Assembly (NCBI GenBank): GCA_041661275.1 | Contig: JBAZUU010000001.1 | Location: 101,057 to 165,056 of the forward strand | DNA length: 64,000 nt | Direction of reading: 5' to 3' | DNA from: Parcubacteria group bacterium | GTDB taxonomy: Bacteria > Patescibacteriota > Minisyncoccia > Moranbacterales > UBA2206 | Shown here: positions 19,318 to 28,497 of the stretch, piece by piece | Numbering within the stretch: position 1 is the stretch's first letter | Layout: each line of letters starts with the position of its first letter | Position numbers and translations under genes: made by a program | The notes under the pieces: generated by a model | Databases searched by the model: none | What the model saw: the letters and a program-made list of their open reading frames with translations, nothing else | Told to the model about the DNA's origin: nothing

Positions 19318-19581
19318 TTAAATTAGTTTATTAATTTTCAAAATCTCATCAATCATTTCCTGTTTTCTCTTTTCATTAGTTCCTTTCATAGCGTTTATGA
19401 AACAACTATTGAGATGGCGTGCTAATAATTTATCGTTAGCCGATTTCAAAAGCCCAATGACCGCCAGATTTTGCTGGAGAATGTCGATGCAATATTCTTT
19501 TCCCTCGACCATCTTAATAACATTCCCCAAATGGCTCTGCGCCTTTTTGAGAGCAATTGTAATTTGCTTATCCTCTTCCAT
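19318..19581 (-). CDS. csoR: CsoR/RcnR-family copper-sensing transcriptional repressor
   Basis: 87 aa, all-helical. Has the W-X-Y-Z fingerprint Cys (YCIDIL) and His/Cys (ARHLNSC) of the DUF156/CsoR family. First gene of the copper operon. Confidence 0.8.
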   Translation of the reverse strand: MEEDKQITIALKKAQSHLGNVIKMVEGKEYCIDILQQNLAVIGLLKSANDKLLARHLNSCFINAMKGTNEKRKQEMIDEILKINKLI

Positions 19582-19634
19582 AATACTTTAATTAAAAATT
19601 AAAAATTTTAAATTAAAAATTTCTTCGTTAGACC

Positions 19635-19664
19635 TCCCCCCTAGGTATATCCTATACTATACCC
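19635..19664. promoter_or_regulatory. Candidate CsoR operator: pseudo-palindrome CCCCCCTAGGTATAtccTATACtATACCCC in the csoR/receiver divergent spacer
   Basis: GC-run-flanked GGTATA...TATACC inverted repeat, the only GC-rich motif in an otherwise AT-rich spacer. CsoR boxes are typically G/C-tract-flanked pseudo-palindromes. Confidence 0.3.
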
Positions 19665-19736
19665 CATCTTCTGTCAAATTATCTACTTTGCATTTGCAAA
19701 ATATATCAAAACTGGTATTATTACAGTAGAAAAACA

Positions 19737-20117
19737 ATGGACAACACCAAGAAGAAAATACTGGTTGTTGATGATGATCATCATCTCCTGGAAACAATCG
19801 GGCATACATTGAAAGATGCCGGCTTTGAAGTTTTGACCGCGTATGATGGACAGGAAGGACTCAACACAGCCTATGCGCAGAAACCAGATCTTATCATATT
19901 TGACGTTATTATGCCTAAAATGGATGGCCTGACTGCCCTTCGCGAATTGCGAAAAGATCAATGGGGAGGGAATGTCCCGGTGATAATCCTGACCAATGCC
20001 AGCGACAATGACAAACTGGCCGAAGCCCTGGAGTTGGGCATAGATGAGTATATAATAAAGTCCAACGTCCAGTTGAGCCATATAGCCGAAAGAATAAAGC
20101 GCATGCTTGGTGTATAA
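19737..20117 (+). CDS. Stand-alone response-regulator receiver (CheY-like REC) domain protein
   Basis: VVDDD, phospho-acceptor Asp in IIFDVIMP, T (ILTNA) and K (IIKS) residues. 126 aa, no output domain. Confidence 0.8.
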   Translation: MDNTKKKILVVDDDHHLLETIGHTLKDAGFEVLTAYDGQEGLNTAYAQKPDLIIFDVIMPKMDGLTALRELRKDQWGGNVPVIILTNASDNDKLAEALELGIDEYIIKSNVQLSHIAERIKRMLGV

Positions 20118-20174
20118 AACAGGATGATACTTAATATAATTATAATTTCACGCCTTATCGGCGTTTTTTGTTTT

Positions 20175-20300
20175 CATCCCCCACCCCTTTTCTATTCTTT
20201 CATTTTTTTATTTTATAAGTTTCAATCTTTTAAAAAAGAGATTTTCGAAAAATCTCTTTTTTTCGCACCTTTGGCGCAAATAAAAAAGTGGTGGGGGATG
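20175..20300. repeat. Inverted-repeat element ATCCCCCACCCC ... (terminator-like hairpin AGAGATTTTTcgAAAAATCTCT) ... GGTGGTGGGGGATG
   Basis: 14-bp terminal arms CATCCCCCACCCC / GGTGGTGGGGGATG enclose an approximately 100-bp core with a perfect 10-bp hairpin. Arms shared with the element at 30898-30966. Confidence 0.7.
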
Positions 20301-20370
20301 AACTGAAATTATTTCACATTTCAGAAGTATTACAGAAGGCAACAGTAACAATTAATTTAACTTCAAAACA

Positions 20371-20559
20371 ATGGCTAAAAGTGATAGAGGATTCGCTTCG
20401 ATGGATCCTCAAAAGCAAAAACAGATAGCCTCCAAAGGCGGGAGGACTGTCAGTCAGGACAGGCGTCATATGGCGGAAATCGGCCGAAAAGGCGGGAAGT
20501 CGGTCAGTAAAGACAGGATGCATATGGCGGAAATCGGCCGAAAAGGCGGGAAGTCGTAA
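20371..20559 (+). CDS. KGG-repeat general stress protein (YciG/con-10-like)
   Basis: Repeats ASKGGRTVSQDRRHMAEIGRKGGKSVSKDRMHMAEIGRKGGKS, encoded by an exact approximately 60-bp tandem DNA duplication (20455-20574). 62 aa. Confidence 0.7.
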   Translation: MAKSDRGFASMDPQKQKQIASKGGRTVSQDRRHMAEIGRKGGKSVSKDRMHMAEIGRKGGKS

Positions 20560-20626
20560 GATAATAAAATCTATCCCTCTTTGAATATGTATCAGGCACA
20601 AACAAGTCTGAGGCTTGTTTGTGTAT

Positions 20627-21052
20627 TTATTTATTATTTTCCAACCCAATCTTCCAGATAGTTATCTGGATGAAAGTTCCGGCTCCGGCCAAAGCCATAA
20701 TAAGAAGAAACGTCCAGGAATACGGAACAGCCAAATATAGAAAAATAGTGATAAGTGACATCCATATTCCGGTACACCAGGGACAATTAATAAGATCGCT
20801 TAAATTTTTTCTAAGCCCTGTGGGAAACTGGCCAAGATACTTCCGGATATAATCCGTGACGGAATCGTAAGTCAGAAGCCGCACAAGGCGAAACGTGGCT
20901 AAAATCAGGATAAAAGAATCGAAGGCCGAGATATTATATCTTATTTTGCCGGTGATTTCCAGATAATAAGTGAGTAAAATTACCAGAGATATAAATACAA
21001 TAGAGGAAACAAAGTGCCATAAATCCTGGTCTTTTTCAATTAGTTTAGGCAT
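20627..21052 (-). CDS. DUF1360-family membrane protein (CPWCTGIW motif)
   Basis: Conserved C-x-W-C-x-G-x-W motif and 3-4 TM helices. Start moved to MPKLIEK (ATG 21052) because the upstream 31 codons are encoded by a GC-rich hairpin repeat. Confidence 0.6.
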   Translation of the reverse strand: MPKLIEKDQDLWHFVSSIVFISLVILLTYYLEITGKIRYNISAFDSFILILATFRLVRLLTYDSVTDYIRKYLGQFPTGLRKNLSDLINCPWCTGIWMSLITIFLYLAVPYSWTFLLIMALAGAGTFIQITIWKIGLENNK

Positions 21053-21268
21053 AGGAATAGTCCCTGCATTATCCTTCTCTCCCTTCGGGAGAGGATATCC
21101 GCCCAAATTTTTCTTAAAATTTGTGGTGGACAGGAGAGGGAACATTAATTATTAGTTACTGAAATGTATACAACCAACAACCGACAATATTTCCAAAGAA
21201 AAAGGGCAAATGCGCGGAGACGCGTCTGCCCTCTATAATACCGATGATTATACCACCAATGCCATATG

Positions 21269-21487
21269 CTACCCAATCGCCAATGCGACCGAGTACACAC
21301 CGGGAAGCTTAGCGATAGCATCCCTTACTTCCAGAGGCTTGCAATTGCCGTTAGGAACAAATATCCTGTTTGATACAAAATTGGGAACAGCCGAAGGGAA
21401 AATACTCCTGAGCGCCTCCCGCGTTTTTTCCAAATCACAATCTGGTTCTTTTCTAAAAGTAATGATTACTGACGATTCATTCGACAT
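21269..21487 (-). CDS. Small hypothetical protein (72 aa)
   Basis: ORF followed on the minus strand by a GC hairpin (GGGCAGACGCGTCTCCGCGCATTTGCCC). No motif. Confidence 0.3.
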   Translation of the reverse strand: MSNESSVIITFRKEPDCDLEKTREALRSIFPSAVPNFVSNRIFVPNGNCKPLEVRDAIAKLPGVYSVALAIG

Positions 21488-21510
21488 AATAATACCTCCT
21501 TTATTCTGAT

Positions 21511-21711
21511 TTAGTTGCCGCGTTTACGACTGCTTGTTTTTCCGCTTCTTCGATTCTGCTTTCCCATTAAGTTCGGATTCCAGATTATTGGTTTATCTTC
21601 GGCAAAGCCAGTGAATGACTTAGCTCCGAGAAAATTTCCAATAGCTCCTGACGGAATTTTTATGGAAGTTTGGTTAAATTCCAAAGACATCAATTTTACA
21701 TTTTCGTCCAT
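21511..21711 (-). CDS. Small hypothetical protein (66 aa, basic C-terminus)
   Basis: ORF downstream of the rpoD terminator on the same strand. No motif. Confidence 0.3.
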   Translation of the reverse strand: MDENVKLMSLEFNQTSIKIPSGAIGNFLGAKSFTGFAEDKPIIWNPNLMGKQNRRSGKTSSRKRGN

Positions 21712-21814
21712 TTCATTATCCCCCTTAGATTTGTCGAATCATTGATAAAACTGTACCCCGGCATAAAGAAAATAATCGCCCTATGCCGGGATACAGTTTG
21801 GATAAATTTTAAAG

Positions 21815-21845
21815 AACTAAAAAATCGGCCTACGTTAGGCCGATT
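21815..21845 (-). terminator. Rho-independent terminator of rpoD (AATCGGCCTA cgt TAGGCCGATT plus T-run on the minus strand)
   Basis: Perfect 10-bp stem. A-run on plus equals T-run on minus. 165 nt after the rpoD stop. Confidence 0.75.
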
Positions 21846-22009
21846 CGGGTTTATGGGAAATTTCTTTATCTTACTTCTTGAGAATTTTCCGCAAACCTAA
21901 ACCGACCTGGTTGGTAAACCAAGTAAAATAGAAATAGAATCGGTTGTTAGTTTGCTTATTCATACCTTTATAATCTATCAGCTATTGATATTTGTGTCAA
22001 ATATACTAA

Positions 22010-23332
22010 CTAATAGTCCTTTAGTTTTTTTATCGTCACGTGATCTCTTATCTTCTCCAAGGCCTTGGCTTCGATCTGACGGATACGTTCGCGGGTTACG
22101 CCGAATTCCTGACCGACTTCTTCAAGAGTGTGCGTCACGCCATCTTCCAGGCCGAATCTTATCTTCAATATTTTTTGTTCCCGCGGAGTGAGATCGTGGA
22201 GAATTTCATTTAAGTGATCTTTGAGCATCTTTCTTGAAGCGATCTGATTAGGCATCACTGTTTCCGTGTCTTCGATAAAATCTCCCAAAACTGATTCGTC
22301 ATCGGAGTCACCGACGGAAGTTTCCAGTGATACCGTTTCCTGCGAAATCTTTTGGATATGCCGCACCTTGTCCACTTCTATTCCCATTTCCACGGCAATT
22401 TCTTCAGGGAGAGGTTCGCGGCCAAGATCCTGGACAAGACGTCGAGTAACTTGCGTATATTTATTGATCGTTTCTACCATATGCACCGGGATACGGATTG
22501 TTCTTGATTGGTCAGCTAAAGCTCGCGTTACTGCCTGGCGGATCCACCAGGTGGCATAAGTGGAAAACTTATAGCCTTTCCGATAATCAAATTTTTCCAC
22601 CGCCCGGAAAAGCCCGATATTCCCCTCCTGGATCAAATCCAAGAGCGAAAGATTGTGCGATCTCCCGACATATTTCTTGGCGATAGAAACCACTAGACGC
22701 AAATTAGCCTCTGTCAGCCTTTGCTTGGCAGCAACATCACCCTTCTCGATCCTCTTGGCCAAAGATACTTCTTCTTCGGTAGTCAGAAGAGCAACGCGGC
22801 CGATCTCGCGAAGATACATCTGCACCAGATCCGATGACGCGTCTTCCGGAACGGCAATTTCTGCCGGAGTTTTTCCCTTTCTACCCTTCTTTTCTTTTTC
22901 CAGTTCTTCCGGTATCTTGTCTGTTTCCATCTTAATCATTTCATCCGAACTTAAGACCCGGATGCTGGATTTTTCCAGACGGTCATAAAGTTCCTCCAGT
23001 ATTTCTATTTCTTTTTCCGCGTCCGGTATGGCATGAAGTATTTCATCTTCCGTCACAAAACCTCTTTGTTTGGCACGGTAAATCAGATCCTCTACAGGAT
23101 CTTTGCGCCCCACTTCTTTCTTGGATATTTCCGAACGTTTTAGCTTTTTCCGTATTTTTCTACCGATCTTCTTCTGCGCCACTTTTCTTTTACCAGGTTT
23201 TCCAGCCTGCTTTTTAGCCGTTAATTTTTTGGCGGTTTTCTTCTTGGCCGTTCGGATATCCTTTTTTGGCATCCTCTTTTTGGAAGGTTTTGCTTTTTTA
23301 GACGGAGCTTTTTCCTTTTTTCTTCTGGCCAT
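22010..23332 (-). CDS. rpoD: RNA polymerase sigma-70 factor RpoD with Lys-rich N-terminal extension
   Basis: Regions 1.2-4 recognisable ([37 protein letters not shown]; region 4 [24 protein letters not shown]). Downstream of dnaG (classic operon). 440 aa. Confidence 0.92.
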   Translation of the reverse strand: MARRKKEKAPSKKAKPSKKRMPKKDIRTAKKKTAKKLTAKKQAGKPGKRKVAQKKIGRKIRKKLKRSEISKKEVGRKDPVEDLIYRAKQRGFVTEDEILHAIPDAEKEIEILEELYDRLEKSSIRVLSSDEMIKMETDKIPEELEKEKKGRKGKTPAEIAVPEDASSDLVQMYLREIGRVALLTTEEEVSLAKRIEKGDVAAKQRLTEANLRLVVSIAKKYVGRSHNLSLLDLIQEGNIGLFRAVEKFDYRKGYKFSTYATWWIRQAVTRALADQSRTIRIPVHMVETINKYTQVTRRLVQDLGREPLPEEIAVEMGIEVDKVRHIQKISQETVSLETSVGDSDDESVLGDFIEDTETVMPNQIASRKMLKDHLNEILHDLTPREQKILKIRFGLEDGVTHTLEEVGQEFGVTRERIRQIEAKALEKIRDHVTIKKLKDY

Positions 23333-23402
23333 AATATTTAGAACAAAAAGAAACCAATCGGCGCTACGCGCGCTTTTTGATTTTTAAGATAAGTTATCTA
23401 CC

Positions 23403-25187
23403 CTAAATTTCTTCTTCAAGAATTTTTTTGAATTCTATCCTTAAAAATTTCACTGCTTCTTTATCCTTTTTTTCTTCCGCCATCCTAAGATCATTCTCTA
23501 TCTTTTTCAGCTTTTCCTTTCTCAATTCTTCCCTGATTTCTGACAGTACCTTACTCAATGTTTCCTGGGGCTTTTCAATTTCCACTTCTTCCAGCTCATT
23601 GGTAAGGCTCATTCGATATTTTTTGCCAAAACTTAGCTTTTCCGCCCGCTTTTTTTCCGCTAAATCAGAAAACCAGCCAGAAAGCTTTTCCCGGGAAAAT
23701 TCAGCTGTTTTTCCTTTTTCCAAGGCAATATTCAGAAGTCTATCTTTTGGCAGAAAAGAAAGTTCTTCCTTCTTTTCCCATGCCTCCTTCCAAATATCCG
23801 GGAAAGCAAGCATAAGCCCGATTAATTCATCAACCAAAATATCAATTTTCTTCCTTTCGGCGACCGGAGCTTCCGATTCCTCCTCTTTTCTTTCCCATCT
23901 GCTCTTAAGATTAGCTTTTTTGAGAACATCCGTCAATGCGGCTTCAGTCGTTTCCAGCTTTTCGGCAATCTTTTTTATCCAATGGCTTTTTTCTACAGAA
24001 CTAGCGATACTTCCCAACATATCAGTCAGCATTTCAGAAATTTTTCTCTTATCCTCAACTTTATTCTTATCGAATTTTTTAAGACTATCGTCTAAAAAAT
24101 ATTCCATAGCGTTCTTTGATTTTTCTACCGCCTTTTTCAGCTCTTCCGGATTTTCCCGTGCCATGTCCGCCGCGTCTTTTCCGGTCTTAATGCTAACTAT
24201 TTCCACATTCATGTCACTGGCAAAACAAAGCTTGGCGCTTTTTTTCGTCGCCGCGCTTCCGGCTGAGTCCATATCAAAAAACATTTTTATCTTCGGCGTA
24301 TATCTTTTTATTATCTTCACTTGCTCTGGCGTCAGCGCCGTTCCGGAAACGGCTACGACGTTTTTTATCCCGGCTTGAGAGGCAGCAATGACATCCATAT
24401 TTCCTTCCACCAGAAGCGCGAAATCATTTTCCTTGATACTGCTTCTCGCCTTGTCCAAGCCATAAAGAACATTGCTTTTGTGATAGACTTCTGTTTCTGG
24501 CGTATTCACATATTTCGCCTGCGACCCATCCCCGCCCGGAGCGACTCTGGCCGAATATCCAACAATTTTTCCGGAGTAATCCGCAATGGGAAACATAATT
24601 CGCTCCCGAAATCTGTCGTAGTAATCATGGCCATTATCTTTTTTCACCAATAGTCCGGTTTTTTCTATCTCTTCTTTTTTATATCCGCGTTTCACCAAAA
24701 AATCTAAAACATTCCGCCACCCGCGCGGTGCGTAACCCAATCTGAATTCTTTTATCGTCTCATCTTTCAAGCCGCGTTCGCGAAGATAATTCAGTATTTT
24801 TGTTTTCCCGTCGCCTTTCCAGAGCTGTATCTCATAGAACTTGGTCGCTAGTTCCAAAATTTCCATCGTTCGGTTTTTTTGTTCCGCTTTTTTTGGATCA
24901 TATCCGGCCAAAGTCACTCCCGCTTTTTCCGCCAGCTGTTTCAGGGCTTCGCGAAATTCCAACCCTTCTATCTCCATAACAAAACTAAAAATATCCCCGC
25001 CTTTTTGACAACCGAAACATTTCCAAAACTGCTTTTCTTCAGAAACCATAAAAGAAGGCGATTTTTCATTATGAAAAGGGCAGAGAGCCCGATAATTGCT
25101 CCCTGCCTTTTCCAGTCTGATATATTCGCCCAAAACGTCGATAATATTGAGCCGTGATTTTATCTCCTCAAGATCGTTATTCATCAC
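23403..25187 (-). CDS. dnaG: DNA primase
   Basis: Zinc-finger CPFHNEKSPSFMV...CFGC, RNA polymerase core, TOPRIM (EGNMDV...DMDSAG). 594 aa. Confidence 0.92.
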   Translation of the reverse strand: MMNNDLEEIKSRLNIIDVLGEYIRLEKAGSNYRALCPFHNEKSPSFMVSEEKQFWKCFGCQKGGDIFSFVMEIEGLEFREALKQLAEKAGVTLAGYDPKKAEQKNRTMEILELATKFYEIQLWKGDGKTKILNYLRERGLKDETIKEFRLGYAPRGWRNVLDFLVKRGYKKEEIEKTGLLVKKDNGHDYYDRFRERIMFPIADYSGKIVGYSARVAPGGDGSQAKYVNTPETEVYHKSNVLYGLDKARSSIKENDFALLVEGNMDVIAASQAGIKNVVAVSGTALTPEQVKIIKRYTPKIKMFFDMDSAGSAATKKSAKLCFASDMNVEIVSIKTGKDAADMARENPEELKKAVEKSKNAMEYFLDDSLKKFDKNKVEDKRKISEMLTDMLGSIASSVEKSHWIKKIAEKLETTEAALTDVLKKANLKSRWERKEEESEAPVAERKKIDILVDELIGLMLAFPDIWKEAWEKKEELSFLPKDRLLNIALEKGKTAEFSREKLSGWFSDLAEKKRAEKLSFGKKYRMSLTNELEEVEIEKPQETLSKVLSEIREELRKEKLKKIENDLRMAEEKKDKEAVKFLRIEFKKILEEEI

Positions 25188-25230
25188 CTATAATCCTAGT
25201 ATATTACACAAAAGAATGCAAAATATTGCG

Positions 25231-26064
25231 TTATTTTATTCTCTTGAGCTTTACTTTCGCCAATGACTTAAAATTATTTCTGGAAATCACTGGCCTGCCC
25301 GACTTTTTCTCAATATCAAGTCTCGCCCTGCCAGCCACCGTTCCGCCCTCAATAGCCACTCTCCTATTTTCGGGAAATGTTTTTGGTTTTTTTGATTTGG
25401 ATATTTCCGTCGTCGCTGTTTCGGCTAGCATATTTAGCACCAATTCCAGATTAGTCATATTATCCCGCAAATTTTCTTTTTTCAAGTCTTTGTGTTTTTT
25501 ATAGTCTTTTGTTCTCATTCCCGCCCAGGCAAAAGTGATGTCGTCTGTGAGAATAGCAAATATATCATTGGTTTTTATTCCTCGGTCATTCCACTCATTA
25601 GTCAGATCTTTTCTGATCTCGATGCTTTTTAGCCTCAAATCCACCCAATTTTTGGAATAACCTTTTTTGAGATATGTCGCCATCGCTCTTTGGATGGCCT
25701 TCTCCGGATCTTCCGTTTCTTCTACTCGCTCATAGCCAACTCGCGCCAGCCAAAGCTTAAACGGCTCGGCATTGGGCGAAGGAATAGACTGAATAATGCG
25801 AAGCATCGTTTCTGTGTCAGCTACATCAGTAAGATAATGCTTACCATCAGTTGCCTGCATTTTCAGTTGTACGATTTTCTCGTACACCTGACTTCCTTCA
25901 TTTTTTAACTTATTTTTCAAGTCCGACCAGTAACGTTTTGGTATAGTGCTGCCTGTTAAAATTTCCACTATATCTATCACGGAAAAAAACCATAACTCTC
26001 TTTCATCATCCCAATGCCTTCTAATTTCCCTGCCTTCAAAAATAGCTATCTTTTTTGTTTTCAT
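25231..26064 (-). CDS. DinD-like DNA-damage-inducible protein (Bro-N/RhuM-type N-terminal domain)
   Basis: Overall similarity of layout and several segments to E. coli DinD as recalled (N-terminal Bro-N-like WFFSVIDIVEILTGS; C-terminal VAIEGGTVAGRARLDIEKKSG). 277 aa. Confidence 0.5.
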   Translation of the reverse strand: MKTKKIAIFEGREIRRHWDDERELWFFSVIDIVEILTGSTIPKRYWSDLKNKLKNEGSQVYEKIVQLKMQATDGKHYLTDVADTETMLRIIQSIPSPNAEPFKLWLARVGYERVEETEDPEKAIQRAMATYLKKGYSKNWVDLRLKSIEIRKDLTNEWNDRGIKTNDIFAILTDDITFAWAGMRTKDYKKHKDLKKENLRDNMTNLELVLNMLAETATTEISKSKKPKTFPENRRVAIEGGTVAGRARLDIEKKSGRPVISRNNFKSLAKVKLKRIK

Positions 26065-26182
26065 CTTCGTGTTATCTTATTAATTATAGTGATATTATAT
26101 CACTATAATTAACTCCTGTCCATCCCTCTAGATGTGGATAATTTTTTGACAAAGACGAGCTAATTTACAAAATATTGCGCTG

Positions 26183-26590
26183 TTAATTAATTCTATCCAA
26201 ATCAGCATCCAATACAATATGATCGAATGCTATAAGCTCTTCGTAATGGGGATGTTTCTCATCAATAGGATTCAATAAAAATATCTTCTTTCCGAGATAA
26301 AAAGCGATTAAAAGCTCCATTAAAGTATTGGATCCAAAATATCCATCTATCCCTTTCTTTTCGTGGTTTAGTATAAGTACGGCATGAGAATTTTCTATTT
26401 TTTTCCATTGATTTTTAGTCCAGATTGGCTTCATTTCTAAAAAGTTTTCCCTTCCGTGATTTTCCTGATATCACTCTTCAGTAACTAGCGGATCAGGCGT
26501 AAAAACCTCATGCCCTTTATTGGTCAGATAATCAGCCGCTTTTGCCATCTCATCAACAAATGTACAACTTCCACAAATCGTTATTTTCAT
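26183..26590 (-). pseudogene. Nucleoside 2-deoxyribosyltransferase-like protein, interrupted by a frameshift (39-aa N-terminal ORF 26471..26590 plus 83-aa ORF 26183..26434)
   Basis: N-terminal piece MKITICGSCTFVDEMAKAADYLTNKGHEVFTPDP and C-terminal piece ...NHEKKGIDGYFGSNTLMELLIAFYLGKKIFLL together look like one Nuc_deoxyri_tr2-type protein split by a stop and frame change. Could also be a sequencing error. Confidence 0.45.
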
Positions 26591-26616
26591 ACTATTTTAT
26601 TAGCCAATTTGGTCTG

Positions 26617-26703
26617 CGGAAAGGGGGGGATTCGAACCCCCGGTGCCATTTCTGACACGCATGCTTTCCAAGCATGTCGATTAAACCGCTCTCGCACCTT
26701 TCC
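26617..26703 (-). tRNA. tRNA-Ser (anticodon GGA), class II with long variable arm
   Basis: Acceptor GGAAAGG/CCTTTCC, anticodon stem-loop CATGC-TTGGAAA-GCATG, long variable arm, T-arm GGGGG-TTCGAAT-CCCCC, discriminator G. CCA not encoded. Confidence 0.8.
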
Positions 26704-26772
26704 ATGATTTTAAAACGAGGCTCTAAACCTCGTTCTTACTTTACCAGCTAAAATGTCATAAATCAACTAAAA

Positions 26773-26900
26773 CGTCATCTCGAGCGAGTTCGACCAAAGG
26801 AAGAACGAGTCGAGAGATCTACTCAATAATAACGCTTGCGAACCTATTCGGTAGATTCCTCGACTCACACTCATTCCATTCGTGTTCGCTCGGAATGACG
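26773..26900. repeat. MITE-like nested-palindrome element, diverged copy (CGTCATCTCGAGCGA ... GTCGAGAGATCTAC ... GTAGATTCCTCGAC ... TCGCTCGGAATGACG)
   Basis: Same architecture as the copies at 40100, 52046 and 58023: terminal IR plus internal IR GTCGAxxGATCTAC / (GT)AGATxCxTCGAC. Lies between the pyk stop and tRNA-Ser. Confidence 0.75.
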
Positions 26901-26902
26901 AA

Positions 26903-28390
26903 TCATTCCACTTCATTCACCTCCACTGACCTAACTTTGTGGCCTTTTTTGTCAATGCCTAAAACTATGACTATTTTATCTTCCTTTTTTATCCTCCTTT
27001 CTTTTTTCGCTTTTTGGATGATTGCGTCGATAAAACTGTGATTATTTTCTTTCAAATTCAAAAGATACGGCTCGACGCCCCAAACTATTGAGAGCTGGTT
27101 GTAAACTTTCGGATTTTCAGTGGCAACAAATATGTGCCGTTCGGGACGGTAGTTAGAAATGGCACGGGCGGTGAAACCGGAAAAGGAAACAGCCAAAATT
27201 GCCTTGGCATCTTCTTTCTTGGCCATCTTCCAGGCTCCGGCAATAAAGTTAGCATATTCTTTTTTTATATGATCTTCGATTTCGATATGCTTGGGAACAT
27301 AATCATCAAACCGCGATTCTTCCGTGTCGCAGATTATCTGGCTCATTATCCGCACCGAATCAATCGGAAACTTTCCATTGGCCGATTCTCCGGAAAGCAT
27401 GGTGGCGTCAGCGTGATCAATGACGGCGTTCGAAACATCGGAAACTTCAGCGCGCGTAGGCAGTGGATTTTCAATCATCGAGTTGAGCATTTGCGTGGCT
27501 ACTATCACGGGTTTTGCCGCTTTCAAACATTTGGCGATAATTTCTTTTTGGTAGAGAACCACTTTTGTTTCCGGAAGCTCTATCCCCAGATCGCCTCTGG
27601 CTACCATAATGACATCAGACACTTCAATGAGTTCATCGATATTGATAATCGCTTCCTTTCTCTCAATTTTCGACACAATTTGTGGCAAATGTTCTTTGTC
27701 TTTGGCTAATTTTCTAATTTTTTCCCTAGTTTCTTTGATATCTTTGGCATAACTAACAAAAGAAAGAGCGACAAAATCAACATCTTTTTCAGCTACTGCA
27801 TAAACCATATCCTTTTCATCTTTTTCCGTCACTGGAGGAATATTTAGTTTGGCATCCGGAATGTTCACTCCCTTGTGATTTCTGACCACCCCGCCAGCGA
27901 CCACTTCTCCGATCAAAATATCATCTTTCTTTTCAACTACTTTTATTTTCATCAATCCATCTTCAATCAGAATTTCATTCCCAATTTCTATATCTTTAAT
28001 TATCCCCGGCCAATCCAATCCTATGCTTTTAATTTTATTTTTGGATTTTGGATTTTGGATTTTATTTGGAATTTGTAATTTATCATTTGAAATTTGGGAG
28101 CTAACCGATGCATCAGTGACGTTAATTTTTTCACCTACTTTTATTTCTACATCCTCACTGACTATTGTTCTTATGCGCGGTCCTTGCAGATCAGCCATAA
28201 TTCCCACTGGAATATTCAGTTTTCGGCTGATGTTTCTGATGTTATCAATCAATTCCCCATTAGATTCATGTGTTCCATGGGAAAAATTTATTCGCGCCAC
28301 ATTCATTCCGGCCATAATCATTTGCTCCAAAATTTTCGGTTCGGATGATGCCGGTCCGATTGTTGCTACAATTTTTGTTTTCTTTTGCAT
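26903..28390 (-). CDS. pyk: Pyruvate kinase carrying a low-complexity insertion (SQISNDKLQIPNKIQNPKSKNKIKSIG) in the B domain
   Basis: MQKKTKIVATIGPAS, NVARINFSHG, ADLQGPRIR, MVARGDLG motifs. Start moved to ATG 28390. Insertion is encoded by the GGATTTTGGATTTTGG/GGAATTTGTAATTT repeat at 28024-28090. Confidence 0.9.
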   Translation of the reverse strand: MQKKTKIVATIGPASSEPKILEQMIMAGMNVARINFSHGTHESNGELIDNIRNISRKLNIPVGIMADLQGPRIRTIVSEDVEIKVGEKINVTDASVSSQISNDKLQIPNKIQNPKSKNKIKSIGLDWPGIIKDIEIGNEILIEDGLMKIKVVEKKDDILIGEVVAGGVVRNHKGVNIPDAKLNIPPVTEKDEKDMVYAVAEKDVDFVALSFVSYAKDIKETREKIRKLAKDKEHLPQIVSKIERKEAIINIDELIEVSDVIMVARGDLGIELPETKVVLYQKEIIAKCLKAAKPVIVATQMLNSMIENPLPTRAEVSDVSNAVIDHADATMLSGESANGKFPIDSVRIMSQIICDTEESRFDDYVPKHIEIEDHIKKEYANFIAGAWKMAKKEDAKAILAVSFSGFTARAISNYRPERHIFVATENPKVYNQLSIVWGVEPYLLNLKENNHSFIDAIIQKAKKERRIKKEDKIVIVLGIDKKGHKVRSVEVNEVE

Positions 28391-28497
28391 ACATATATTA
28401 TATTCGTAATTCGTACATTCGTAAACATTCGTAATTCGTAGAGACAAACAAAAACAGACAATCCAAAAAGAATTGCCTGTTCTATATAAATTCAAGT

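Noticed and set aside
23428-24378. 316-aa plus-strand ORF (Ser/Phe-rich)
   Set aside because: It is entirely antisense to dnaG and low-complexity. It is an artifact of the Lys/Glu-rich codons on the opposite strand.
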